Position numbers and translations under genes: made by a program. Under the pieces are notes generated by a model. The model ran no database searches, was not told the origin of the DNA, and worked only from the letters and a program-made list of their open reading frames with translations. From NCBI GenBank assembly GCA_023229825.1, contig JALNYN010000007.1:2596-66595 (forward strand): a DNA stretch of 64,000 nt, written 5' to 3'. Shown here in pieces: positions 19,874 to 29,816 of the stretch (its first letter is position 1; the number at the start of each line of letters is the position of its first letter). The stretch is from Minisyncoccota bacterium. Lineage in GTDB: Bacteria > Patescibacteriota > Minisyncoccia > Phycocordibacterales > CAIJYI01.

Positions 19874-20562
19874 ATTATTTTCTTTTCGGCATTTATCCGT
19901 ATATCGCACTCGCCATCTGCATCGTGGGATGCCGGTATCGCTACCGTCATTATCCTGAAAGCTGGAAGGCGAGTTCAGATATGTTTCTCGAAACCGACCG
20001 GCTGCATCGGCTCAGCTTAAGGATCCTCCATTGGGGCATTTTCTTGCTCCTCGGCGGACACGTAGTCGGACTGTTAACTCCGCATGAGATATACGAGCCC
20101 TTTATTTCCATCGCTCACAAGCAAATGCTGGCGATGGTCGGAGGAGGCGTATTTGGAGGAATGGTTCTCGTAGGCCTTTCGCTTTTGCTTTTTCGAAGAA
20201 TATATTTTCTGAGAGTTCGCAGAACGAGCGTGCCGATGGATTATGTAGTTCTCGTTTCGCTTTTACTAAGCGTTATGACAGGACTCGCAACCATTCCCGT
20301 TTCAGCCGGTCATCCTCATGGAGACGTTATGATCGCACTCTCAAGCTGGGCGCAGAATATAGTCACCTTTCAGCCGGGCGCTGCCGATCTGGTCGCCGGT
20401 GTTCCGTTGATCTACAAGATCCATATCTTTATTGGAATGACAACGCTCTTTACGCTTTTGCCGTTCGGACGGCTGATACATGCAATAAGCGGTGTTGCCG
20501 CCATTGCGGTCTATCCGTTCCGTCCTTGGCAGGTCGTTCGTCTCTTGAGGTGGCGAAAATAG
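19870..20562 (+). CDS. narI: respiratory nitrate reductase gamma subunit (cytochrome b)
   Basis: 230 aa, 5 TM, conserved His ligands. Overlaps the narJ stop (ATGA). Confidence 0.9.
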   Translation: MNYFLFGIYPYIALAICIVGCRYRYRHYPESWKASSDMFLETDRLHRLSLRILHWGIFLLLGGHVVGLLTPHEIYEPFISIAHKQMLAMVGGGVFGGMVLVGLSLLLFRRIYFLRVRRTSVPMDYVVLVSLLLSVMTGLATIPVSAGHPHGDVMIALSSWAQNIVTFQPGAADLVAGVPLIYKIHIFIGMTTLFTLLPFGRLIHAISGVAAIAVYPFRPWQVVRLLRWRK

Positions 20563-20594
20563 CCAAACAGTATAATTGTTCTTTTAACTTATCC

Positions 20595-20624
20595 CCGCTC
20601 CGACATTCGTCGGAGCGGTTTTTT
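20595..20624 (+). terminator. rho-independent terminator after narI
   Basis: ccgctccgac-attc-gtcggagcgg tttttt. Confidence 0.75.
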
Positions 20625-20634
20625 ATGTCCGAAT

Positions 20635-21840
20635 TTATCTCTTTTTCACGGTAAACACGAATTGATATGCGGACGGTTCGATCTTTACTCCGGCAACGGC
20701 GGCGGGCAATACTTCGATGAGCGTGACCTCTTCCGCTTCGGTCGTGATCATTTTTCCGAGCGCAAACTCTTGCAGCGCTGTTCCGAGCCCGCTTATCATG
20801 AGAGCTTTCATGCGGACGGTACCCGCCTGAATGCATTGTACGTTCGCCGGGCATCGGCTGTCTTCGAGCAGTTCTCTCGGGGCGATCGAAACATCCGACG
20901 CGGTTTTTTTCTCACCGATACTTACCATTACGGTTTCTTTTTGGGAAGCTTTCGCCGCAGCCAGAAAATTTACGCTTTTGAGAATACTCTCCTGCACCGC
21001 ATCTTTTTCGGTTCGGTTCGTAAAGACAAAAGTGTATCGCGTGCCGTTCTTGGTGGTTTGATAAGCGACGAACGGGGGATCCATAGAGAGAGAAATATCC
21101 CATCGGACGGAACCGACCTCGTCCGATTCCTGAAAGATCGAGCCTTTAAAGTATTTTGGAATTCCCGGCCGGATCGGCTGGATCATGAAAGTAAATTCCG
21201 TTCCGATGCTTCGAAATGAAACTTCAATACCGGTCGGCATGGTTCTTATTTCCGGGGGAAAATTCGAACCGGCGCTCGCGGGATATTTAAACGAAACTCC
21301 TTTTTCGTCGTTCGTATAGATCGCCCAGTTTTTTATTATTTCCGGATCGGATGCCGGATCAGGGGCGGGGCACACGACATTATCGACGAACCATCCGTCT
21401 GCGGTTTTTTTGACATATGCGCGAACATCGAGACTTTGATCGCCGAAAGATTCTTTTACCGTAACTATGGATGATCGCTCGTCGACAGCTTTGACATCGC
21501 CCATCAAAATACTCTCGGGAAGGTTTTGCGCACAGACGATCGGATCGGCTCCGAGTTTGGCGATGCCCGCGGCGGCAATATTCTTTTCAAGATCGACTGT
21601 CGAAACTCCGGTATGGCTTTGGCAGTATTCGGAAACTTTCTCTTTTGCCTCGCGCGGAGGATCTTTCACGCAATTCTGATAATTATTATAAAATGCAAGT
21701 ACCGCTGTTTTAGGGTCTTCTGTCGGTGCGGTATTATTCGGCGAGAAATAAAAAAAATACAGAACCGATCCGACCGCCGCCAGCACGGCCGCAAAAATTA
21801 TTTTTTTTGTGTAGGTATTCATGGAAATACTATACCACAT
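20635..21840 (-). CDS. membrane-anchored/secreted hypothetical protein
   Basis: Signal-anchor N-terminus (alternative ATG at 21822 gives MNTYTKKIIFAAVLAAVG). No recognised domain. Confidence 0.5.
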   Translation of the reverse strand: MWYSISMNTYTKKIIFAAVLAAVGSVLYFFYFSPNNTAPTEDPKTAVLAFYNNYQNCVKDPPREAKEKVSEYCQSHTGVSTVDLEKNIAAAGIAKLGADPIVCAQNLPESILMGDVKAVDERSSIVTVKESFGDQSLDVRAYVKKTADGWFVDNVVCPAPDPASDPEIIKNWAIYTNDEKGVSFKYPASAGSNFPPEIRTMPTGIEVSFRSIGTEFTFMIQPIRPGIPKYFKGSIFQESDEVGSVRWDISLSMDPPFVAYQTTKNGTRYTFVFTNRTEKDAVQESILKSVNFLAAAKASQKETVMVSIGEKKTASDVSIAPRELLEDSRCPANVQCIQAGTVRMKALMISGLGTALQEFALGKMITTEAEEVTLIEVLPAAVAGVKIEPSAYQFVFTVKKR

Positions 21841-22013
21841 TCGATCTACCGCACAAAAAGTTTTTGCCGCCGGACGGGGGTTGTACCCCCGTTCGAAACG
21901 TTTGAACTGACAGATAAGCTTTTGTTTTTCGCACCCAACTTTTAGCAGACATCACAAACGTCATGAACGGGAGTGCAACTCCCGTCCGGCGGACGACGTA
22001 CGGAATGTGAGTA

Positions 22014-22048
22014 AAAAAGAAGACCTTTAAAAAAGGTCTTCTTTATAA
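22014..22048. terminator. bidirectional terminator hairpin
   Basis: aaaaaagaagaccttt-aaaaa-aggtcttcttt. Confidence 0.6.
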
Positions 22049-22055
22049 ACTAAGT

Positions 22056-22550
22056 TTAATTTCCGTAACCGGCTGGCGACGCGTGCGCGAACCAGAGGTG
22101 TCCCGGGCCGTAGGAAAGGTCCTTGCCCTGATCCATGATCACGGCAAATTGTCCCCAGATACCATATCCGCCCTCGGGGATCAAAGTAGGATCTGCGACG
22201 TAATCGCCGACCCATTTGATCTTATAATGCCAAACGGCTCCGGATCCGTCCTTTCCGCTGCCGTTCCATTCATTATTTTCCCAAGCATCATAGCCGTTGG
22301 GATCGGTCCAGCCTTCGGCATTACCCCTATCCCATTCCGCGTTCCATTTCATGATCAGCTTGTCGTTTGCATAGTCGCCGAGATAATCGGCCGGCAAGCC
22401 TTTTTCAAGAGACCAGCTTTCTCCCGTTCCATTAAATATTCGCGCGGTATCGTTATAACCGAATTCATCGAATCCTCCTCCTGCAAGCGCGGAACCCGCA
22501 CCGGCAAAAATAACTCCAGCGATCGCTAATGTAAATAATGTTTTGTTCAT
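22056..22550 (-). CDS. secreted hypothetical protein (Gly/Trp/Asn-rich)
   Basis: Signal peptide MNKTLFTLAIAGVIFAGAGSALA. Confidence 0.55.
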   Translation of the reverse strand: MNKTLFTLAIAGVIFAGAGSALAGGGFDEFGYNDTARIFNGTGESWSLEKGLPADYLGDYANDKLIMKWNAEWDRGNAEGWTDPNGYDAWENNEWNGSGKDGSGAVWHYKIKWVGDYVADPTLIPEGGYGIWGQFAVIMDQGKDLSYGPGHLWFAHASPAGYGN

Positions 22551-22657
22551 AAGATATTTATTTGTTTATCAAACTTGAATAAGTATCGACCGCATCCGTT
22601 CGTCCGAACGTCGTAACTATTATAACGCTTGATTGATGTAAATAAAATGAGAATAAA

Positions 22658-22686
22658 AAAGCTCCGACCTCGTCGGAGCTTTGCGG
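22658..22686 (-). terminator. rho-independent terminator
   Basis: gctccgac-ctc-gtcggagc followed by a T-run on the minus strand. The stem is the same sequence as the narI terminator. Confidence 0.6.
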
Positions 22687-23229
22687 TTACTTGTACCAGT
22701 TTATCGTTGTGCCATGTTTTTCAAGATCGGCGCGAACTTCGTCCCAATTTTTCCAGACGATGTATACTGTCTGAAGCAGAGGAAGGACGGTCCTTCCTTC
22801 GACCGGAAAATACAGCCATATGCCGCCTGATCGCGATTTAGCATCGTAGAAGGGGCTGAACACAGAGCGGGCTATCTCAATATTGCAGATATCTTCCGCT
22901 TTGAGTAAACCTTCCTGCAATGCCGTTGCCACAGAAGAGAACTTCATGGATTTCTTAAACCACTCGCTTTCATCTGCCGGTTCAAAAAGTTCAAAATCCT
23001 CAAAATACATGTCGGGATTTGGGACAGGTATTTTTGTCGACCGTAAGTCGTCTTTGGTGGGCCAGCCAAATTGACCATAGAGCACATAGAGCCTTAACTC
23101 CGGCTTGGTATCGAGCACTTTAAAAGTTTCTTTTCCGTTTATTTTCGCATAGTCCGCATTTCTTCCTATGTAGATCTGATTGTATACGCGTCCTTTTTGA
23201 AGTTCTTTCCAGCTATTTAATTTCTTCAT
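22687..23229 (-). CDS. hypothetical protein
   Basis: ATG at 23229 with GGTGGA RBS. No recognised family. Confidence 0.5.
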   Translation of the reverse strand: MKKLNSWKELQKGRVYNQIYIGRNADYAKINGKETFKVLDTKPELRLYVLYGQFGWPTKDDLRSTKIPVPNPDMYFEDFELFEPADESEWFKKSMKFSSVATALQEGLLKAEDICNIEIARSVFSPFYDAKSRSGGIWLYFPVEGRTVLPLLQTVYIVWKNWDEVRADLEKHGTTINWYK

Positions 23230-23338
23230 TTTTCCACCTTCGGAGAACAATTCCGAACTAGAGAATATCACTAAAGACTTGCTTTGTCAAAGTGCACGCG
23301 CCGACACCCCCCTCGTTCATTAATTTATCATATTCATC

Positions 23339-26300
23339 ATGAAGAATCGTTATCTATTATTAAATTTTATCAAAATTAAGATCACCTATATGAACGCAAG
23401 AAGTAAACGCTACGCACTGCCGGTATTGTCCGGCGTTGTTTTGTCCTCAATGCTTTTTTATTTAAGCGATGATAGTATCGGAGCTCCGATAAATCTCGTG
23501 CAAAATCCTTCGGTGGAGAATGGCACCGCCGTTCCTAACTCGTGGCAAAAAGGCCGCTGGGGTGCGAACACTGTGACCTATACCTATCCCGAAGCCGGAC
23601 TCGCCGGAACGAAGTCGGTTCGTGTCGACATGACGGCACATACTGATGGAGATGCGAAATGGTATTTTTCCGAAGTAGCGGTGAAGCCGTCAACGAAATA
23701 TGTATTTTCAAATAAATATATTTCCAATGTTTCAACGACCTACACCATTCAATATAAAAATACCAGCGGAGCGTTCTCATATGCCGCGCTCGGAACAGTT
23801 CCGGCTGTTCCATCCGCGACGCAAAAACAATTTACTTTTACCACTCCTGCAAATGCGGTTGCGATGACAGTTTTTCATCATATCAATGCGGTCGGTTATC
23901 TGATCACCGACGACTATTCCCTTATGGAAGAAACAGCCGTCGCTGATACGGTTTCTCCAAGCACCTCCATTCTCGCACCGGGAAATGGAAATGAAGTGTC
24001 AGGTATCGTGGCGGTAAACGCAAGCGCAAGCGATAACGTCGGCGTCGTCGGCGTATCGCTGCTTGTAGATGGGGCGGTAATTGGCGCCGAAGATCTTTCT
24101 TCTCCTTATGAATTTTCTCTTGATACCCGCGCTTTTTCGAACGGTTCTCATTCGCTCGCGGCCAGAGCAAGAGATGCGGCCGGAAATATCGGAACGAGTA
24201 CGCCGGTTAATGTCAGTATCAATAACTCGGTTTCCGGAAGCAACCTAATACAAAACGACTCGCTGGAAACCGCAGGCACAAATGGCAACCCGCTTTCATG
24301 GATGCGCGGAGGCTGGGGGCAAAATACTCCCGTATTCACTTATCCCGTAACCGGTCAGCAAGGAGCGAAAGCGGCAAAGCTCGAGATCACCTCATACGTG
24401 AGCGGCGATGCCAAATGGTATTTTTCGGAAGTGCCGGTAACGGCGGGTGCGATCTATAATTTCAAGGATATGTATCGGTCCACGGTCGCGAGTTCGCTCG
24501 TTGCTCAATTTGCCGTGTCCGGCGGATACCAATATCAGTTCATCGCCGATCTTCCGGTTGCCGCCAACTGGACGGAGACAAATTACAATATTACCGTACC
24601 GGCCGGAGCTGCAAAGATGACCGTTTTTCACCTGCTTTCTTCTGTCGGCACGCTTGAAACCGACGCGTTCTCTTTGATGAGCAACTCGGCAGATCTTACG
24701 GCTCCCTCTGTAAACATTACTTCTCCGGTTCCGCTCTCGACGATCTCGGGAACGGTGACTGTTAATGCCTCATCGACCGACAATGTCGCCGTTGCCGAAG
24801 TGGAACTTTTTGTTGACGGCGCGCCTGCGGGGGTTAAAGATATTTCTTCCCCTTACGCGTTCGTTATCGATACTGCTGCTTTTTCCAACGGTTCGCATAC
24901 GCTGCTTGCTAAAGCAAAAGATACTTCCGGAAATATCGGATCGAGCGAAGGCGTGTCGGTTACGGTTTCAAATACTCCATCAGGCACTCCCGGTTTTGAA
25001 GCACAGACCATAGCAGGAGGTTTGATGCTTCCGACCAGCATGGCTTTTTCTCCGGACGGACGAATTTTTATCGCAGAAAAGAACGGAATCATCCGCGCCG
25101 TTAAGAACGGTGCTTTGCTTCCGAATCCGGTGATCACCCTTACGGATGTGAATACGTACGGCGATCGCGGTTTGATCGGCATCGCCGCGGATCCGAATTT
25201 CATCGACAACGGGTATTTGTATTTGTCGTATACTTTTGAAAACTCTCCGGGGGCGAACTTTTCCGGTTCGAAGACCGCGAGGATCGTACGGGTTACCGTC
25301 ATCGGCGACGAAGCGAGTGAATCAAGCAAGAAGATCCTTGTCGGCAGCGTAGGCGGCACAGCGGGATCTCCTTCCTGCGACAATTTCGCGGTGACGTCTG
25401 ATTGCATCCCGTCCGATTCTTCCAGCCATAGTGCGGGAGGACTTCGATTCGGTCCGGACGGCAAACTGTACGCTTCTCTCGGAGAGGGAGCAAGTTTCGA
25501 TTATGTCGACGTTAGAGCCCTTCGCTCGCAGAATCTCGACAGCCTTGGCGGAAAGATCTTGCGGATCAATGCCGACGGCACCGCACCTTCTGATAATCCG
25601 TTCTATAACGGCGATCCGAATTCGAATCGCTCGAAGGTTTACGCCTATGGAATGCGCAACACGTTTCGATTCAATTTCCGGCCGTCCGACGGAGCGCTTT
25701 TCGCAGGAGACGTTGGATGGAGCACTTGGGAAGAGATCAATAGGATCCTTCCCGGGAAAAATTACGGGTGGCCCTGCAAAGAAGGCAATGCGCCGACAAC
25801 GATAGCGCCCGGCGGTCCGGGGTACAATTGTCAGGCAGCAGGAGCTGTTGATCCCATATATTTTTACCAGCATGATCAGGCGGGTGCGGGAGCCGTAACG
25901 GCGGGAGCATTTCCTACCGGCTCCGCTTATCCGGCGGAATATTCGAACTCGCTCTTCTTCGGAGACTTCGCTCAGAATTTCATTCGACGCATTACTCTCG
26001 ATGAGAACAATAATGTTTTATCTGTCCGAGAAGACATCATCGATAACCCCGGAGGTCCCGTCGATCTGTCAACGGGTCTCGACGGAAACGTCTATTATAT
26101 TTCCATTTATAAAGGAACGCTCGAAAGACTGGTGTATACGACGGGGAACAGGAATCCTTCGGCCGTGATAAACGCATCGCGCACCTCGGGCCTCGCTCCT
26201 CTTTCCGTGCAATTTTCTTCGGAGGGATCGTCTGATCCGAACGGTGACGCTCTTGAATATCGCTGGACATTCGGCGACGGTGCGACTTCAAACAGCGACA

Positions 26301-27979
26301 GTCCTTTTCACGTTTTTAGCGATAACGGAACGTATTCGACCGTGCTGAAAGTGACCGATGGAAAAGGAGGCGTCGATATTAAAACGATCAAGATCACTGT
26401 CGGTAATCAATCGCCGAGTGCGGAGATAGTATCTCCTGCGAGCGGAACCCTCTATACTTCCGGAAGTCCGATAAATTTGCGCGGACAGGGAACGGATGCC
26501 GAAGACGGCGCGCTTCCGGCATCGTCGATGCACTGGTCGATCATTCTTCATCACAATATTCACACGCATGTTCTTGAAGAGTTCGATGGCGTATCAGCTC
26601 CGACATTCAATGCTCCTGATCACGGAGGCGAACTCGATGTGTATACCGAAGTGCTCCTCACTGTCACCGACAGCGCAGGACTTATCGGTACGCAAAGCAT
26701 CAATCTGTATCTGAACAACGGCCAGCAAAGCGGCGGCGGAAATCTCATAAAGAACGGATCGATGGAAACCGTCGACCCGAACGCAGCGGAAAGACCGTTG
26801 TATTGGATGAGCGACTTCTACGGCAGTATGAGTCAAAAGTTCACCTATCCGGTCGCCGGACTGGATGGAATGTCCGCCGGAAAAGTTGAGGTGAGTAATT
26901 ATGTCAGCGGTTCGGCAAAATGGTATCACGATCCGGTATTCGTAACGCCGGGCGCGGAATATGATTTTTCCGGATACTATACTTCAACTGCCGATACTGA
27001 TCTTATCGCTGAATTCGGATTCGCGAACGGCACCTATGATTATGTATTTCTCGATAGCATCCCGCCGGCCGCATCTCCGACGCAGATAAAAAAGACGATC
27101 GCGATCCCCGCCAATGTTCAGCGCCTTTCTGTTATTCAAGAATTGGTAGGGAACGGAACCTTGATCACTGATAATTATTCTCTTACATTAAAACAGTCCG
27201 ATCCGGGAGGAGGAGAAATAAATCTGATCTCAAATGGCACCTTTGAAGAGGTTGCCGCGAACGGTGATCCTTCCGGCTGGTTCCGCGGAGCATGGGGAAG
27301 CCAGACAACTTCCTATTTCTATCCGGTCGAAGGAAGGAACGGAGGGAAAGCGGCGAGCGTTGCAATAACATCATATCCGGAGTCCGGGGGAGGCGATTCC
27401 AAATGGTCTTTCGCCGGGATCCCCGTAGAGAGCGGAACTCGGTATACCTATTCCGATTGGTACAAAGCAGGCGACATTTCCGATGTGATCGGAGGATATG
27501 TCATGACGAATGGGCAAGAACACTATTTCGGAGTGGCGAAAGAATTGGTTCCGACCGATACATGGAAAGCCGCCACCGGAAGTTTCTGTCCGCCGGTCGG
27601 AGTATCGACCGTTTCGCTCTACCATATCATCAGCAGCGAAACCACGCTTTCCGTTGATGACGTTTCTCTGACGGCGGGAGGTTCGTGCACCCCCGCGGAG
27701 ACGACCGCTCCAAGCGTTGCTTTTACTGATCCGCTCGAAGGACAAACCGTTTCCGGAGTTGTCACGCTGCAAGCCGCGGCAACCGACGAGTCGGGAGTTT
27801 CCAACTTCTTCTTTGCCGTCGACGGAATTCCGCTCGGAGAAAACTACCCGACCGGACCCTACACTATTCAATGGGACACAACGACCGTCCCGAACGGCAC
27901 GCACACCTTGAAAGCAACCGCAACCGATCCTCACGGAAACAACGACCGCCAGATCATAAGCGTTATTGTGAACAATTAA
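23339..27979 (+). CDS. giant secreted multidomain protein (CBM4/9-like x4, Ig-like x3, GSDH-type beta-propeller, PKD)
   Basis: 1546 aa. N-terminal signal (alternative ATG at 23390). Repeated N(L/G)(V/I)QN..(V/L)E carbohydrate-binding-like modules. Ig-like repeats with NASA(S/T)DNVGV...VDG...SSPY.F..DT...SNGSH.L.A.A.D.AGN. A quinoprotein glucose/sorbosone-dehydrogenase-like propeller (GGLMLPTSMAFSPDGRIFIAEKNG...). A PKD domain (WTFGDGATS...YSTVLKVTDGKGG). Confidence 0.8.
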   Translation: MKNRYLLLNFIKIKITYMNARSKRYALPVLSGVVLSSMLFYLSDDSIGAPINLVQNPSVENGTAVPNSWQKGRWGANTVTYTYPEAGLAGTKSVRVDMTAHTDGDAKWYFSEVAVKPSTKYVFSNKYISNVSTTYTIQYKNTSGAFSYAALGTVPAVPSATQKQFTFTTPANAVAMTVFHHINAVGYLITDDYSLMEETAVADTVSPSTSILAPGNGNEVSGIVAVNASASDNVGVVGVSLLVDGAVIGAEDLSSPYEFSLDTRAFSNGSHSLAARARDAAGNIGTSTPVNVSINNSVSGSNLIQNDSLETAGTNGNPLSWMRGGWGQNTPVFTYPVTGQQGAKAAKLEITSYVSGDAKWYFSEVPVTAGAIYNFKDMYRSTVASSLVAQFAVSGGYQYQFIADLPVAANWTETNYNITVPAGAAKMTVFHLLSSVGTLETDAFSLMSNSADLTAPSVNITSPVPLSTISGTVTVNASSTDNVAVAEVELFVDGAPAGVKDISSPYAFVIDTAAFSNGSHTLLAKAKDTSGNIGSSEGVSVTVSNTPSGTPGFEAQTIAGGLMLPTSMAFSPDGRIFIAEKNGIIRAVKNGALLPNPVITLTDVNTYGDRGLIGIAADPNFIDNGYLYLSYTFENSPGANFSGSKTARIVRVTVIGDEASESSKKILVGSVGGTAGSPSCDNFAVTSDCIPSDSSSHSAGGLRFGPDGKLYASLGEGASFDYVDVRALRSQNLDSLGGKILRINADGTAPSDNPFYNGDPNSNRSKVYAYGMRNTFRFNFRPSDGALFAGDVGWSTWEEINRILPGKNYGWPCKEGNAPTTIAPGGPGYNCQAAGAVDPIYFYQHDQAGAGAVTAGAFPTGSAYPAEYSNSLFFGDFAQNFIRRITLDENNNVLSVREDIIDNPGGPVDLSTGLDGNVYYISIYKGTLERLVYTTGNRNPSAVINASRTSGLAPLSVQFSSEGSSDPNGDALEYRWTFGDGATSNSDSPFHVFSDNGTYSTVLKVTDGKGGVDIKTIKITVGNQSPSAEIVSPASGTLYTSGSPINLRGQGTDAEDGALPASSMHWSIILHHNIHTHVLEEFDGVSAPTFNAPDHGGELDVYTEVLLTVTDSAGLIGTQSINLYLNNGQQSGGGNLIKNGSMETVDPNAAERPLYWMSDFYGSMSQKFTYPVAGLDGMSAGKVEVSNYVSGSAKWYHDPVFVTPGAEYDFSGYYTSTADTDLIAEFGFANGTYDYVFLDSIPPAASPTQIKKTIAIPANVQRLSVIQELVGNGTLITDNYSLTLKQSDPGGGEINLISNGTFEEVAANGDPSGWFRGAWGSQTTSYFYPVEGRNGGKAASVAITSYPESGGGDSKWSFAGIPVESGTRYTYSDWYKAGDISDVIGGYVMTNGQEHYFGVAKELVPTDTWKAATGSFCPPVGVSTVSLYHIISSETTLSVDDVSLTAGGSCTPAETTAPSVAFTDPLEGQTVSGVVTLQAAATDESGVSNFFFAVDGIPLGENYPTGPYTIQWDTTTVPNGTHTLKATATDPHGNNDRQIISVIVNN

Positions 27980-27995
27980 ATAAATCAAACAAAAA

Positions 27996-28028
27996 AGCCA
28001 TCGATCACTTGATGGCTTTTTTGTTATT
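27996..28028 (+). terminator. rho-independent terminator
   Basis: aaaaaa gccatcgatcacttgatggc tttttt. Confidence 0.75.
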
Positions 28029-28114
28029 GAACTTTCGTCTCGGTCTGGGTGGGACTAAAACCCGTCTCAGGTGGAGTCTTTCGTATCGCTTATTTCTGCC
28101 TTCAACTTACCTGT

Positions 28115-28144
28115 CGTCATACCGGACAGGGATCCGGTATCCAC
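28115..28144. repeat. GTCATACCGG palindromic repeat unit
   Basis: gtcataccggacagggatccggtatccacg. Confidence 0.7.
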
Positions 28145-28172
28145 GTCGTCGCGCGAGGTATCGGAGTTCACC

Positions 28173-28460
28173 TCAGAAAAAAAGAGAAGACACAATAAGT
28201 CCTTGAACGATGAGCCCGATAATTCCGTACACTACAGCATTTTCCCCCAGTTTTCTATCCAATGGTGCCGATTTTGTTAGGTAGACAATCCCGAGAATGA
28301 TTCCGGCATAGGGAAGGATTAAACCTAATAGGCAAGATGTTCCGTAAAGGGGGTGTTTATCAACTTTTACTGTGTAGGTCGACAATAACGCGGAGCCGCA
28401 ATGTCTGCATTTTATCGCCTCATCTTTTATCTCTTCAGCACAATAAGGACATTTTTTCAT
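28173..28460 (-). CDS. zinc-ribbon domain small membrane protein
   Basis: ATG at 28460 gives [23 protein letters not shown], followed by 2 TM segments. Longer track forms start at TTG and would overlap the upstream gene. Confidence 0.45.
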   Translation of the reverse strand: MKKCPYCAEEIKDEAIKCRHCGSALLSTYTVKVDKHPLYGTSCLLGLILPYAGIILGIVYLTKSAPLDRKLGENAVVYGIIGLIVQGLIVSSLFF

Positions 28461-28488
28461 TTTTTTCCAGCTTTGTTTTAAGTTCAAA

Positions 28489-29703
28489 TTATTTTTTTGT
28501 TTGATTGGTCCTGCACACATCATTCGGATGCAACACAAAAGTGTGGGTATCAGTCGCGACAATAGTCATTGGTTCTATGACACCATTAGACGTTGTGGCG
28601 GCGCTTTTAATGGTAGCGCTTTCTGTCAACAATAGTTTGTCGGGAAATGGTGGCCACTTGAAATAATACAAGGAATACATGGATACCGGAAGGTGATCTG
28701 GTGTCGCTCTGGCAAATATTCTGTATGATATGTCCTTTGTCGAATCGATGGGGGATCCTGCTGTAGGTAGTCCTGCTGCATGTGTGTAAAGTTGCACACC
28801 AGTTGTGTTGTGTATTTTATAATGCACTGTCATATCCGCAAATTGTAATACATCGTTCTCACACGTATATGTCAATTTTGGGTCTATCCGTACTTTGTTT
28901 GAAACCGAACGAAAAATTTTCGCTGCATTATTGACTTTTATGGAAACAGTAGCACTCACACCGATATTCCCCGCAGTATCGCGTGCTTGTGCCACAAGTT
29001 TGTGTTTGCCATTCGTAATAGACGAGGTATTCCATTGGAATTCATAACGACCGCCGCGCGAAATTGTTGCTTCTCCAACATTGAGAGGTTCACCATCGAG
29101 CTTGAGGGTGACCTCGGAAACTCGTCCGGGGCATTGATCATTCGCTATCACGGAAATAGTGCTTGTTCCCGAAACAGTGCTTCCGGAGATCGGTGCCGTT
29201 ATGGAAACCGTCGGCGCGTTGACATCGGGGTTGCTCACCACGATGGAAACCGGCGCGCTTGTGGCGATATTTCCCGCGGCATCTCGTGCGACCACTGTGA
29301 GAACATGGGTTCCATCGCTATACAGACGACCTTTGCATCCGCCGGAATTTTCAGCATACGCCGAAGTATCCCACGTAAATTCGAATGGGGGAATAGTATC
29401 TTCAATGTCCTGCGTTCCATAGGGGCCCACGCGCATCGGTTCTCCGTCGATCCGAAGTTTCACTCCGGCAACGCCGACATTGTCCGTCGCGGCTACCCTG
29501 ACGGTGATCGTTGCCGACGTTGTGGCACCTGCTGTTGCTGAAGTTATGGCGACCTCCGGGGGTTGTGTATCTATGGTTTTGGCGTTAGGAAAAAAGATCC
29601 GTCTGTGAGTACTCGCACTTTCCGCTACATGAGGAAAATATGGAGACAATAAAACAACGCCGAGAAACAAAAAGAAAAGAAACTTTAAATTTGTATTTTT
29701 CAT
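28489..29703 (-). CDS. secreted protein with three Ig-like domains of the same type as in CDS 23339-27979
   Basis: Signal peptide [19 protein letters not shown]. Repeats contain [11 protein letters not shown](I/L)DGEP and ARD(A/T)AGNI. Confidence 0.65.
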   Translation of the reverse strand: MKNTNLKFLFFLFLGVVLLSPYFPHVAESASTHRRIFFPNAKTIDTQPPEVAITSATAGATTSATITVRVAATDNVGVAGVKLRIDGEPMRVGPYGTQDIEDTIPPFEFTWDTSAYAENSGGCKGRLYSDGTHVLTVVARDAAGNIATSAPVSIVVSNPDVNAPTVSITAPISGSTVSGTSTISVIANDQCPGRVSEVTLKLDGEPLNVGEATISRGGRYEFQWNTSSITNGKHKLVAQARDTAGNIGVSATVSIKVNNAAKIFRSVSNKVRIDPKLTYTCENDVLQFADMTVHYKIHNTTGVQLYTHAAGLPTAGSPIDSTKDISYRIFARATPDHLPVSMYSLYYFKWPPFPDKLLLTESATIKSAATTSNGVIEPMTIVATDTHTFVLHPNDVCRTNQTKK

Positions 29704-29769
29704 AGAAATTTAAGATTATTTCTAATATCTGCGTTTCTTAGTACGCCATATAATCGTTCGATATTATTT

Positions 29770-29805
29770 TAATGACGTACAAAAAATCCATCGAGTGATC
29801 GATGG
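29770..29805 (-). terminator. rho-independent terminator after rsgA (inverted copy of the 27996 hairpin)
   Basis: aaaaaa tccatcgagtgatcgatgga tttttt. Confidence 0.7.
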
Positions 29806-29816
29806 ATTTTTTGTGG

